Shown here: piece by piece, positions 51,361 through 61,116 of the stretch
How positions within the stretch are numbered: the first letter of the stretch is position 1
Layout: each line of letters starts with the position of its first letter
DNA from: Ostreococcus lucimarinus
Taxonomy: Eukaryota
NCBI GenBank assembly: GCA_000092065.1
Contig: CP000581.1
Length of the DNA stretch: 64,000 nucleotides
Direction: 5' to 3' (one strand)
Made by a program: the position numbers and the translations under genes
Notes under the pieces: generated by a model
What the model was told of the DNA's origin: nothing
Seen by the model: only the letters and a program-made list of their open reading frames with translations
The model's database searches: none

Positions 51361-52146
51361 ATGGGCGGTCGCGGGCGCGGTGGACGCTCGAACGCGTGGA
51401 CGCGCGACGGCGGTCAGGGACGCGGCGGTCGCGGACACGCCGCCGTCGGCGTCCGAAGACGAGACCTGCTCCAGGAAGATTTGCTCGACGAGAAACCGAA
51501 CTGGGCGCTGTCGTGCTACGGCCCGAAGGGCGAGCAGCCGAACCTGCTCGGCGGTGACACGTCGTTCGAGGAGCTGCGGTGCGCGGCGTACGCGACGGTG
51601 CGCGCGGGAGGGGACGCGGGAGGCGCGCACGCGCGAGCGCGCGAGTACGCCGACGCCAAGGCGGGCGACGTCAAGGGAATACTGGCGTTCCCGGAACATC
51701 AGCTAAAGTTAGTTTTGGACCGCGTGGAGCGAGGGGAGATGGCGCCCGCGGGCGCGGATCGCGTGATGGACGGAACGGCGATCGTGGGGGGTGGGGGAGG
51801 GTTCTCGAGGACGCACGCGCCGGCGCTCGACGCGAGGGCGACGCCGTTCGCGCCGGCGGGTGGGATGGCGAGCGGGTTCACGGGGAATCAGCCTTCGTTG
51901 ACGCCGGTTGCGACGGGGTTCGTGGCGAGCGCGCAACCGACGAGTCCGTTCGGCGGCGGTCCCGGAGGCGGCGCGAGTCCGTTCGGCGGCGGTCCCGGAG
52001 GCGCGAGTCCGTTCGGCGGCGGTAACGCGCCGCGCGCGCCGTCGCTCACGCCGGATCCGAACGTCCCGAACTCAGAGGCGTGGTGCGCGCCTTCGTTCGA
52101 CATCGGAGGCGTGCCCGACGACCCGCCGCCCGCCGCGTACGTTTGA
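51361..52146 (+). CDS. NUP42/NUPL2-like FG-repeat nucleoporin
   Basis: First real ATG at 51361; the track's 51304 is GTG. ..EKPNWALSCYGPKGEQPNLLGGDTSFEELRCAAY.. parallels human NUPL2 ..[31 protein letters not shown]... C-terminal FG-type repeats SPFGGGPGGGASPFGGGPGGASPFGGG. Confidence 0.55.
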   Translation: MGGRGRGGRSNAWTRDGGQGRGGRGHAAVGVRRRDLLQEDLLDEKPNWALSCYGPKGEQPNLLGGDTSFEELRCAAYATVRAGGDAGGAHARAREYADAKAGDVKGILAFPEHQLKLVLDRVERGEMAPAGADRVMDGTAIVGGGGGFSRTHAPALDARATPFAPAGGMASGFTGNQPSLTPVATGFVASAQPTSPFGGGPGGGASPFGGGPGGASPFGGGNAPRAPSLTPDPNVPNSEAWCAPSFDIGGVPDDPPPAAYV

Positions 52147-52193
52147 TTGGGCGCGCGCTTTCGTGTTGTTACATAGTCGATGTAGTTGTAGAA

Positions 52194-55061
52194 TCACTCG
52201 CGAATCGCGAATTCACTCACCGATCTCGTCATCGGTGTCTCATTTTCTGCCTCTGCGGCCTCGAGCGCTTTTTTGTCATGCGCTTCGCGCTTGCGTTGCC
52301 CGCGCGCCTCTCGAGCGATGACTTTTCGTTGCGAACGAATCATATTGTCAAACTCCGACGTCAGGCGATAATCAAACTGGTACGCCCACTGTACCTCGGT
52401 GTCTTGAAACACGAGCGCGCGAACGTCGCCTACGGCGCGAGCTGACGTCCACGCCGTGAGAGTTTCTTCTTCGCCGCTCGCTTCCAAGTTTTTCAATTCA
52501 CCGACGAAATTGCCCACTCGACGAACGCCGACGACGACGCCGTCGCGAGTCAGCGTGCACTCGCCTGCAGTTATTATGAAGAACTCCGTCGCCGGGTCAC
52601 CCTGCCGCGTGATGAGCTCGCCGCTTTTGAATCGACGTTCAGGTGGTTGATGAGAGATGGAAATCAACCCGTCGAGTCGGGTGTGCAGGTTATGCAGCGT
52701 GTCCGAAGTGTGCGAAGCCTGGCCAGTGAACCAGGCGTGTTCTAGTGCCTGAGTCGCGGTGAGCCTGCGCTTGGGATTGGGATCGAGTAAACCTTCTATC
52801 AAATCCTTCGCGACATCACTCACAGATTCCCACTCCTCCGTTTCGAAATCGAGATCACATTCAATGATTTGCTCGTAAAGTTCATCCTCATCGTCGTCAT
52901 CAAACGGCCACGTATTCGTGAGCAGGACGTGCATGGCGATTCCGAGCGCCCAAACATCCACGCCTTGACCGTACACGCCAGCAAGTAACGCCTCTGGGGC
53001 GATGTACGATAGTGTACCACACACGTGCTGCGCTTTTTGACGAGCGTTCAACGCCTTCGCCAAACCAAAATCGACAATGTTCAACGACTTCAAATCGCCC
53101 TTTTCAGCCAGAACAAAGTTCTCGAGCTTCAAATCTCTATGAATGACACCCTTGCCGTGCATGAACGCCACTGCATCGAGCATGGCAGACATTATTATCT
53201 TGACCTCTTCTTCGCTAAATGCCCCGCGCGCGTTCACCAAATCGTCGAGCTCCTCGCCTTGCAAGCAATCCATGACGACGTGCACGACTTCATCGTTTTG
53301 TTCAGTGAAAAACTCTCGTATGGTGACGATATGCGGGTGCGCTGAGAGCTGCTGCATCATGACGAGTTCGCGCTTGACTTCATGAAGCGTCATGGATTGA
53401 AGCTCATCCTCATCGTCGCTGTCTTCATCGCTCGATGACTCACTTCCACCTTCGTCGTCGCTGTCGCCGCCTAAACCTTCGACGCGAAGCGTCTTCACGG
53501 CGACGATTTCACCCGTGTTACGATGCTTCGCCTTGCGCACAACGGCAAAACCACCGGCACCAAGAGTTTCTAAAACGTCGTACTTGTCTAGGAAAGGCAT
53601 ATAATCGTGCACTAACCCGACTGGGCGAACAAAACGCGATGTGTCAAGATCGTCCAAACCGCCCGGCGCAGAATTCGTTCGTTTCAGCCCGAGCTTGTTT
53701 CGCGTTCGACCTTCGGGCTTATGTTCGATGCGTTTGGCGAACAAGTGCGCTAAACGATAGCTAGGCATGGCTTTAACCAGTAATCCTTTGGTGTCGAATC
53801 CCTGCGGTCGTTGCGAATTCTTCAAATTGTTTGGCATCGCTTGAGCGCGCAAGCCACTCCAACCAGTGTTGATTTGCCTCTTCGTCGCGCTCCCCATTCG
53901 AGTCAAACCGGCAGAGTTCTTGCGCTCCAAAGTCATGGCGTGCATACGGTCACTTATGAACGGTGCCGGAGACGCGCTTCGCGAGCCTCCTGGAGATTCA
54001 CCTGGAGACTTCGTCGCCTTCGCGAGCGCGGCGAGATCCGGCGCGCTGTCCAACCGAAGCAACTGCGCGTGACCACGCGCAGCTTTCCCTCCGTAAGATG
54101 CAGGTTTCACCGATGCCCAAGCACTCAGACCAACAGGTAGTAAACCTGCGCGTTTCGCTCGTTCAATAAGCTCGCCAAAGATTTCGGGTGCCTTGGGAAC
54201 GTCTATGGACACGTCCTTGAGCGCCGTGGCGGTGCGCGCGAAACCTTTCGCCATTTGACTTCCGTTCACCACAGAGCTCCGCCCGATGTATTTCAATAAA
54301 TCCACCACCTTTTCGATGACGTTAGGGGTCAAGATCGACTGCTCGATCGCCAGCGTCAGCGCTTTCTTGACGAGCTCGTGATGGTAAAAAGGCATGTTCA
54401 ACCGACGTAATCGCCGCTCCGCCTCGGCGCCGTCTCTCGACATCAAATACTCATCGATGATATCCCGCATCTCTATCTTGGCGTTATCCGCGCTGTATCC
54501 CTCGGGTCCGCCCCACGCCTTACGCACGCGCGACTCCCCACTCGCATCGGCCAGCGTCATTTTCGCCGACTTGGCCACGTCTCTTCCTTCGCCGTAACCG
54601 TCCCTCGAGCACGCCGTCTCCAGGTACGTCACCGACACCACATCATCCGCCACCGCGCGCGCCAAAAACGTCACGCACTCAGCCACGGCATCTGGGAAAT
54701 CGATTTTCAAATCCGCAACCTCCGCGAGCACGCGATCGAACCCACGTTCGAAATCCTCCGCGTCCAGCGTCCCGCTCGCCCTCGTCGCCGCGAGCGCCTG
54801 CGCGCACATCTCCCGCTCTCTCGCCCCTCTATCCAGCGCGCACGCGATCATGCGCTTCACGCAGTGCGCCTCCAGCCCACACTTCGCATCGCTCGCCCCC
54901 GCGCCCCCGCCCTGCGCCGCGATCGTCTCCGCGAGCGCGCGGTCGAACTCCTCCACGCTGCAGTGCGAAAAGAACTCTCGACAGCGCTTCTCCACGTCGC
55001 GCTTGAACGCCACCTCCTGTCCGACGTAATACTTGGACCGCGACGACCACGGCGCGGACAT
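52194..55061 (-). CDS. Multidomain signalling protein: two PDCD4-like MA3 domains + CaMK-like Ser/Thr kinase + C-terminal cyclic-nucleotide-binding-like domain
   Basis: Real ATG at 55061 (MSAPWSSRSKYYVGQ..). MA3 #1 ..CREFFSHCSVEEFDRALAE..REMCAQALAA; MA3 #2 ..IDEYLMSRDGAEAERRLRRLNMPFYHHELVKKALTLAIEQS (compare PDCD4 ..LKELEVPHFHHELVYEAI..). Kinase motifs LGAGGFAVV, VAVK, HRDLKLEN, DFGLA, APE. C-terminal ..FKSGELITRQGDPATEFFIITAGECTLT..NFVGELKNL.. looks cNMP-binding-like. One uninterrupted frame. Confidence 0.75.
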   Translation of the reverse strand: MSAPWSSRSKYYVGQEVAFKRDVEKRCREFFSHCSVEEFDRALAETIAAQGGGAGASDAKCGLEAHCVKRMIACALDRGAREREMCAQALAATRASGTLDAEDFERGFDRVLAEVADLKIDFPDAVAECVTFLARAVADDVVSVTYLETACSRDGYGEGRDVAKSAKMTLADASGESRVRKAWGGPEGYSADNAKIEMRDIIDEYLMSRDGAEAERRLRRLNMPFYHHELVKKALTLAIEQSILTPNVIEKVVDLLKYIGRSSVVNGSQMAKGFARTATALKDVSIDVPKAPEIFGELIERAKRAGLLPVGLSAWASVKPASYGGKAARGHAQLLRLDSAPDLAALAKATKSPGESPGGSRSASPAPFISDRMHAMTLERKNSAGLTRMGSATKRQINTGWSGLRAQAMPNNLKNSQRPQGFDTKGLLVKAMPSYRLAHLFAKRIEHKPEGRTRNKLGLKRTNSAPGGLDDLDTSRFVRPVGLVHDYMPFLDKYDVLETLGAGGFAVVRKAKHRNTGEIVAVKTLRVEGLGGDSDDEGGSESSSDEDSDDEDELQSMTLHEVKRELVMMQQLSAHPHIVTIREFFTEQNDEVVHVVMDCLQGEELDDLVNARGAFSEEEVKIIMSAMLDAVAFMHGKGVIHRDLKLENFVLAEKGDLKSLNIVDFGLAKALNARQKAQHVCGTLSYIAPEALLAGVYGQGVDVWALGIAMHVLLTNTWPFDDDDEDELYEQIIECDLDFETEEWESVSDVAKDLIEGLLDPNPKRRLTATQALEHAWFTGQASHTSDTLHNLHTRLDGLISISHQPPERRFKSGELITRQGDPATEFFIITAGECTLTRDGVVVGVRRVGNFVGELKNLEASGEEETLTAWTSARAVGDVRALVFQDTEVQWAYQFDYRLTSEFDNMIRSQRKVIAREARGQRKREAHDKKALEAAEAENETPMTRSVSEFAIRE

Positions 55062-55178
55062 CTCCGCGACGCGCTCGCCGCGACGCGACGCGCGCGCGCG
55101 ACGCCAGCGCGTCGAACGGCGCGATGTGATGCGCACCGAACGCGTCGCGCGCGACTTCGCGACGCGTCGCGCGTCGCC

Positions 55179-56525
55179 ATGGGCATCTTCGACGGCATCT
55201 TCGGCGGCGAGCCGCGCGCGTCGAGCGGCGCGTCCGCGCTGTTCGACGCGCGGTCGGCGTTTCACGCCGCGAGCGCGGCGGACGCGCCGGTGGTGCGCGC
55301 GCCGTTGTCGGCGTCGGCGAAGAAACGGGCGCGACGCGACGCGAGCGCGGACGCGACGGACGCGCGCGCGAAACGCGCGCGAGAAAAACCGAACGCGCGC
55401 GCGGCGAGCGCGGCGTCGTCGTCGTCGGACGCGGCGTCGAGCGAGGATGAGGGCGAAAGCGAGGACGATGCGCCGGCGGCGGCGGCGGTTTCGGACGAGA
55501 AACCGAACGGCGACAGCGACAGCGATGAGGGAGCGACGAAAGCGAAACCGTCGGGGTCGGGGTATCGCGATCGATCGGCGGAGGCGACGGCGGAGGAGCT
55601 GGCGCGGACGGTGTTCGTCGGGAACGTCCCGGCGAAGACGAAGCTGAAAAAGTTGAAGGCGAAATTCGGCGAACACGGCAAGGTGGTGAGCGTACGGTTG
55701 AGAAACGTGCCCGTGGAAGCGGATGGAAACGAACCTAGGAAAATTAAAGTGCTGAAGGGAAAATTAAACGCGGAGCGGGCGAACGCGACGGCGTTCGTGG
55801 TGTACGACGACGCGGCGTCGGCGCGCGCGGCGACGGCGGCGTTGAATATGAAGGAGTTCGAGGGACGGCACATTCGCGTTGATTTAGCGAGTAAACCATC
55901 GATCATACGAAGTGAGGTGGTGTATGATCACACGCGAAGTGTCTTCTTGGGCCATTTACCGTTTAATGTCGACGATGAGGACGTGATTCGGTTGTTCAAC
56001 AAGAATAAAGAGTATCCCGATTTGCGCAAGAGCGTCGAGGCCGTGCGCGTGGTGCGAGACAGAAAGACGACCATGGGTAAGGGCATCGGGTTCGTGTTGT
56101 TCAAAACGCCAGCGCAAGCGCGTACGGCGCTTTTGCTTGACGGGAGTAAGCTCGGCGATAGAGAGATTCGCGTGAGCAAAGCCGCTCGATCCAAGGCGCC
56201 GAAACCCGGCACGCCGAGCAAGGCGCGCGCCGAGCCGAAGGTCGCCACCGGTGCCGAACGACGGAATCCGAAGCTTCGTGACGAAGGTGGCGATGCGTCG
56301 ACGTCGCGTGGCACAAACGCGTGGGAAGGGTCGAGATCTCGTCCCGGTGGAAAATCGTCCAAGAGCGCGCACCGCGGCGGCGAGGCGCAGCGCGGCGCCC
56401 CAGGCGCGAGGCAAACTTCGAGTAAAGCCGGCATCGCGAAGGCGGCCAAACGATCGGGAAAGCGCCCCGCCGTGGCGGCGCGCAAGGCCAAAGCCAAGGC
56501 GTCCGCGGCGGCGGGACGTAACTAA
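55179..56525 (+). CDS. Nucleolar two-RRM RNA-binding protein (RBM34/Nop12-like)
   Basis: Real ATG at 55179 (MGIFDGIFGG..). RRM1 ..TVFVGNVPAKTKLKKLKAKFGEHGKVVSVRL..AFVVYDD... RRM2 ..SVFLGHLPFNVDDEDVIRLF..GKGIGFVLFKT... Acidic Ser-rich N-terminus and K/R-rich C-terminus. Confidence 0.7.
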   Translation: MGIFDGIFGGEPRASSGASALFDARSAFHAASAADAPVVRAPLSASAKKRARRDASADATDARAKRAREKPNARAASAASSSSDAASSEDEGESEDDAPAAAAVSDEKPNGDSDSDEGATKAKPSGSGYRDRSAEATAEELARTVFVGNVPAKTKLKKLKAKFGEHGKVVSVRLRNVPVEADGNEPRKIKVLKGKLNAERANATAFVVYDDAASARAATAALNMKEFEGRHIRVDLASKPSIIRSEVVYDHTRSVFLGHLPFNVDDEDVIRLFNKNKEYPDLRKSVEAVRVVRDRKTTMGKGIGFVLFKTPAQARTALLLDGSKLGDREIRVSKAARSKAPKPGTPSKARAEPKVATGAERRNPKLRDEGGDASTSRGTNAWEGSRSRPGGKSSKSAHRGGEAQRGAPGARQTSSKAGIAKAAKRSGKRPAVAARKAKAKASAAAGRN

Positions 56526-56585
56526 CGTAGATTTTGTGGTCTTGATGCTGCGCAATACAACGTCTCAGCGATTCCTCGCGCCGTC

Positions 56586-57072
56586 TACTCCTCCTTCTTA
56601 TCGCCCTCGATCGCCTTCGTCTCGCCTTCTTCGGTCATTTCCTCTGTAAGTTCATCCTTAAACTCCTATTCGCGTCGCAAACCAACCGTCACGATTCGTC
56701 AGTCGTCGCGTTCGCTCGCCCTCGTCCCGCGTCGCCTTCGTTTGAGATACTCTTTGCCCTCGCGCGTCCGTCTCGCGCGCTCGCTCGATCAACGCCTTCG
56801 CCGCGCACCTTGGCCGCCTCTTGAAAACTCTTCACCGTCTTCCCGAGCGACTTTCCGAGCTCGGGAAGCTTGCTCGGGCCGAACAGCACCGCGGCGACGC
56901 CACCGATGACGACGATTTCAGGAAGCCCGAGCCCGAACAATCCGTTGGAAATCACGCGCGCGCGTCGTCGTTCGAGCGCCGCGCGACGCGGCGCCAGCGC
57001 GGACGATCGCTGTGCGTACGTTTGACGCGCCGCGACGCGCGTCGCGCGCGCCGGGGCGTGCACGGTAAACAT
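56586..57072 (-). CDS. THA4: Plastid twin-arginine translocase subunit Tha4 (TatA), 2 exons
   Basis: Exon 1 ..GLFGLGLPEIVVIGGVAAVLFGPSKLPELGKSLGKTVKSFQEAAK ends at AAG|gtgcgc (intron 56667-56808, actgac 27 nt before acceptor aatag). Exon 2 (56586-56666) encodes EFKDELTEEMTEEGETKAIEGDKKEE*, giving the canonical ..FQEAAKEF.. and acidic tail. Start set at ATG 57072 (MFTVHAPARATRVAARQ.. transit peptide). An upstream in-frame ATG at 57195 is an alternative. Confidence 0.8.
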
Positions 57073-57257
57073 CACGACGGATTCTGCGGTCGATCGCTCG
57101 CGCGCGGTCGCCGGCGTCGCCGCATTCGCGCGCGCGCGCGACGTCACGCGCGACCGTCGACGCTCGTGACGCGCTGAGATGACGTAACGCTGCATCGCGC
57201 GCGCACACGCACGAGATAGACGCGCGAGACGCGCGCGCGGCGACGCTGTTCGTCGTC

Positions 57258-59922
57258 ATGTCGACGCGATGCGCCGACGCGCAGTCGCTCAACCGCGCCG
57301 TCGTCGCCGCTCGCGCGCCGCGCGAGCTCGTCGCGCTCATCGACGGCAACGACGCGCTGCTGAACGCGATCAACTGCGCCGCGATCGCGGGCAAGGCGGC
57401 GAAGATGCACGCGCTGGCGGAGAAACGCGACGATGGCGCCGCCGCCGGGGAGGCGCGCGCGGTGGTGAAAACCATCGCGAACGTCGCGCGCGCGTCGCTG
57501 GAACGCGCGCCGCGCGAGTGGTGGCCGCGGCAGTGCGCGGCGATGCTTTGGGCGTGTGGACGCGCGAACGCGCGGGATGAGGCGATGGAACGCGCGATCG
57601 AGGCGATGGTGGAGGCGCGCGCGCGAATGTTCAAGCCGCAGGAACTGTCGAACGCGTTTTGGGGATTGGCCAAGGCGAAGAGCGATACCGTGGGATTGTG
57701 GTTGATATTGGGAGACTTGATACGAGCGTCGTTGATGGTGGATAAAGGGACGGATCATCAGAACGGATGGACGCCGCAAGGGGTGTCGAACGCGGCGTGG
57801 AGCTTGGGGGCGATGACGGAGACGACGCGACGAGGCGTGTTCGAGGAGAGCGCGCTGGGACGCGAGCTCGCACGTGGGATCGCGGTGGCGGTGGAAGAAC
57901 GAGTTGAGATGTTCAATCCGCAAGAATGTGCGAATACGATGTCTGGGTTCGCGAAGTGTGGGTCGAGCGTGCGAGAAGACGCCGAAGTAGGTGTCAAGGC
58001 GTTGTGCTCGCGATTGAAGCGAGAACGCGCGTGGTTCTCCGGCGGCGAGTTTCAGTGCCAGCACGTCTCCAACGTTATTTGGGCGTGCGCGAAGTTGAAC
58101 ATGAGCGATGATGCGGAATTGATCGCTATATTCGTCGACGCGGCAAACGAGTACGCGAACAAGTTCAACGCGCACGAACTCTCGATGGTTCTGTGGGCGC
58201 TCGCGAATCTCGCCGTCGACGATCACAAAGTCATGCACGCGCTCGCAAAGTCGATGGCGAGGAAAGCGGACGAATCATCGGCGCAGCAAATCGCGACGTC
58301 AGCGCACGCGATGGCAAAGCTCGGGATTTATAACTCACAGATAATGAAGGCTTACAAGGATCACGCCGCGGCGCGCAGAGATGAATTTCAGCCGCGCGAC
58401 ATCGCGTTCTTGGCGTGGTCGTTCGCAAAACTCGACATCAAGGCACCAGAACTGTTTGAAATGTTTAGCGCTGTGGTGTGTGAGATGTTGTTCGACGTCG
58501 AGTTTCAAACCTTTTCGCCACACCACTTGACGATGGTGTTGTGGTCGTTCGCCATGCTCAACGAAAATACGCAAGAGGTTTTACCATACATCGTGCGGGC
58601 GATGAAGTCCATGATCGACGAGTTCAATCCGCGAGATTTGACGAACACGGCGTGGGCGCTCGCCGCGCTCGGATGCGACGACAATGAATTAATCAAAGCA
58701 CTGGGCGCGTGCGCACAAATGAAGCTCAACGACTTTAATTCGCAGGAGCTTTTAAAGTTCCTCGGTTCGTACGAGCGACTCGGCGTTGAAGACGCTTCAC
58801 TCGCCAAAGCCGTGTCGGCGCGGCGTACGTTGTCGTACGAGTTTCCCTCAATGAACGCTACCATCGAGCTCACCGCGGCGACACCGCAGAGTTACAAAGG
58901 TACCGATCGTGTCCGCGTCGACGATAGCTGTGGGGGATGGGGAAGAGGAAACACGGGTGTGGCACTGTGGGAAGGAAGTTTTGTTTTAGCGGAGTGGTTA
59001 TCTCGACAGAAATCGCCGCTCGCGACGGAGGGCGTCGCTAAGGCGCTCGGTGGAGCTTGGGACGACGATTGGAAGGGTAAAGTATGCGTTGAACTCGGTG
59101 CTGGTTTAGGTTTACCGTCCGTAGTCGCTTCCAAACTTGGCGCGCACGTTGTCGCTACCGACGGTACGTTTCGCGCGTCTTCTTTCGACTTGTTCGTCCT
59201 TCGCCACTGTTAATCCCTTCATTGGACTTTCTGTGTCCTTGGAGTTTCAAATGTGGCACACATCAACTCGGGAGTTTCGCTGACAGCACTCGCACGTTTC
59301 GGCGGGCCATGAGTGTCATCTGATAGTAGCTCTCGCACATTCATCGCGCGTATCGCACATCGAACTGACGAGTTCCTTTTCATTCCACGCAGGCGACGAC
59401 GACGTCTTGACGCTACTGCGAGAGAACGTCGAAGCAAACGCGGCGAAGGACGCACGCGTAGAGAAACTTGTTTGGGGCAACGAAAAGCCGCTAAAAACTC
59501 TCGGGTTAAAAACGCAGCCGGATCTTGTCTTGGCGAGCGACGTCGTGTACGGTAACGACCCGGCCAAGTGGACGAATCTCGTGCGCACGATGCGCGACTT
59601 GGCTGGGCCGAACACGCTCATTTTGATCGCAAACGTCCAGCGGTACCCTGTACACCATCCGCTCGCGGAAACTAAGTTTTACACCGAGTCAACGGTAAAA
59701 GATTTTGAGCGAACGGAGCTACCAGTGACGGCATTACACTCCGATTTCCAACGCACTGGCGCCGGTAATTGCGTCATTCACGTGTTTCGTCCGCGCGGCG
59801 ACAAAAAGAGAAAGTCGGCGAGTAAAGATGCAAAAAAGGAGAAGAAGGCAAAAAAGGAGAAGAAGGAGAAGAAGGAGAAGAAGGAGAAGAAGGAGAAGAA
59901 AGAGAAGAAAGAGAAGTCCTAG
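57258..59922 (+). CDS. OPR (octotricopeptide, about 38-aa) repeat protein fused to a Methyltransf_16 (METTL21/Nnt1-like) SAM-methyltransferase domain, with a Lys/Glu-rich tail (2 exons)
   Basis: Real ATG at 57258. At least 8 repeats of F.PQELSN..WALAKL-type (FKPQELSNAFWGLAKA, FNAHELSMVLWALANLA, FQPRDIAFLAWSFAKLD, FSPHHLTMVLWSFAMLN, FNPRDLTNTAWALAALG ...). Then ..GGWGRGNTGVALWEGSFVLAEWL..VCVELGAGLGLPSVVASKLGAHVVATDG|gtacgt, intron 59164-59392 (actgac 21 nt before cag), then DDDVLTLLRENVEAN..DLVLASDVVY... Tail is KKEKKAKKEKKEKKEKK... Confidence 0.7.
59836..59915 (+). repeat. Coding trinucleotide-type microsatellite (AAGGAGAAG)n
   Basis: About 9 units of aaggagaag / aaagagaag encoding the (KEK)n C-terminal tail of the OPR-methyltransferase protein. 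Confidence 0.8.
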
Positions 59923-60004
59923 CTGAGTATTAGATAGAGTTAGAGCGTAGCGCGTCACGACGAGACGAGTGTTGTGAATAATATTGCAAAGTCATCGTTC
60001 GTCT

Positions 60005-60976
60005 CTACGGCGGCAGGTCAGAGTTTGTGAGTGGTTTCGCGAGCAAAATGTGCCCAACCTCGACGAGACCGAGCTTCGCGAAGGGATTGTTCTTGCTCGA
60101 ACGTTGCGCGATTTGCGCCGAGGTGAGCTTCGCCTTGACCTCAGGCGGCTCCTCGTATCCGCACTTTTCAAAGAGAATCTGCGCAGCCTCGTTGTCAACC
60201 TTAGTGTGCGTGTACAATATGGTTTCGCCCATATTCGCCATCGCGCGCTCGGCCGCGAGCACGAGTTGTCGGCCGATCCCACGCCCGCGCTGCGTCGGGC
60301 TCACGCACACGTCTGACAAGTACGCCTTGTCCCTCGGCGCCCTCGGCTGCAGCTTGTCGGCCCCGTATCTATTGCCGTTCGGCAACGACACCTCCGAAAT
60401 CCCCACCAACACGTTCCCAACCTTGGCAGATATCAAAATACGATCCTCCGCCGTCTTCACGCCGTCCAAAAGTCCCATGCGCACGCGCTTCGCTTGTTCG
60501 CCTCGCAATCGGTTCTTCGCCAAGATATCCTGCGGCCTCACCTTGAAAAACAAGTCCATCACCAAATTCGTCGCATCGTCCACATCCTCCTCCTCCAGCA
60601 CCCCGATCACGACGTTCCCTTTCGTCTTCATCTCCACCGACACCCGCTTCACCGCCTGATCCTTCTTCGCCGTCGCCTGACTCTTCTGCCGCTTCGTCGG
60701 CGCGAACTTCACCGTCCCCGCCGCCAGGTCCACCATCAACATCGGCCGCGGTCCATCGCTCACCGCCTCTCCCGTCGTCGTCGTCACGCCGCGAATCGAC
60801 GCGCTCTTCCTTCCGTCCACCGCGGTCCCCGTCTCCGCGTCATCGCTCGCGTTCGCGCGCGTCGCGCGTCGCGTCGTCGACTTATCCGTCGGCATCCGCG
60901 TCCTCGCCTTCGCGCGACCGACGCGCGGGGCGCGCGCCGCGCCCACCACCGCGGTCGCGCGCGTCGTCGTCGACAT
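60005..60976 (-). CDS. GNAT-family N-acetyltransferase with presequence-like N-terminus
   Basis: Real ATG at 60976 (MSTTTRATAVVGAARAPRVGRAKARTRM.., T/A/R-rich). GNAT core ..AYLSDVCVSPTQRGRGIGRQLVLAAERAMANMGETILYTHTKVDNEAAQILFEKCGYE.. (Q/RxxGxG/A acetyl-CoA motif). Confidence 0.7.
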   Translation of the reverse strand: MSTTTRATAVVGAARAPRVGRAKARTRMPTDKSTTRRATRANASDDAETGTAVDGRKSASIRGVTTTTGEAVSDGPRPMLMVDLAAGTVKFAPTKRQKSQATAKKDQAVKRVSVEMKTKGNVVIGVLEEEDVDDATNLVMDLFFKVRPQDILAKNRLRGEQAKRVRMGLLDGVKTAEDRILISAKVGNVLVGISEVSLPNGNRYGADKLQPRAPRDKAYLSDVCVSPTQRGRGIGRQLVLAAERAMANMGETILYTHTKVDNEAAQILFEKCGYEEPPEVKAKLTSAQIAQRSSKNNPFAKLGLVEVGHILLAKPLTNSDLPP

Positions 60977-61116
60977 CGCGCGCGTCGTCGTCGCGCGCGT
61001 CGTCGCGCGTCGCCGTGTGTCGCGCCGCGACGCGCCGGCGCGCCCAACCTCTCAACCCTATTCGTCCGGCGGATCTCGATTGACCGCACGATCGCGCGCG
61101 CGACGAAGCGCGCACG

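Noticed and set aside
52194-55676. Treating the MA3 region and the kinase region as two adjacent genes, or taking the full 1160-codon track ORF as the protein.
   Set aside because: The 5' 205 codons are R-rich and overlap the divergent RRM gene, so the start is set at ATG 55061. The MA3-to-kinase linker has normal coding composition with no stop, so a single fused product is the more economical reading. The two-gene alternative is stated in the finding as the refutation test.
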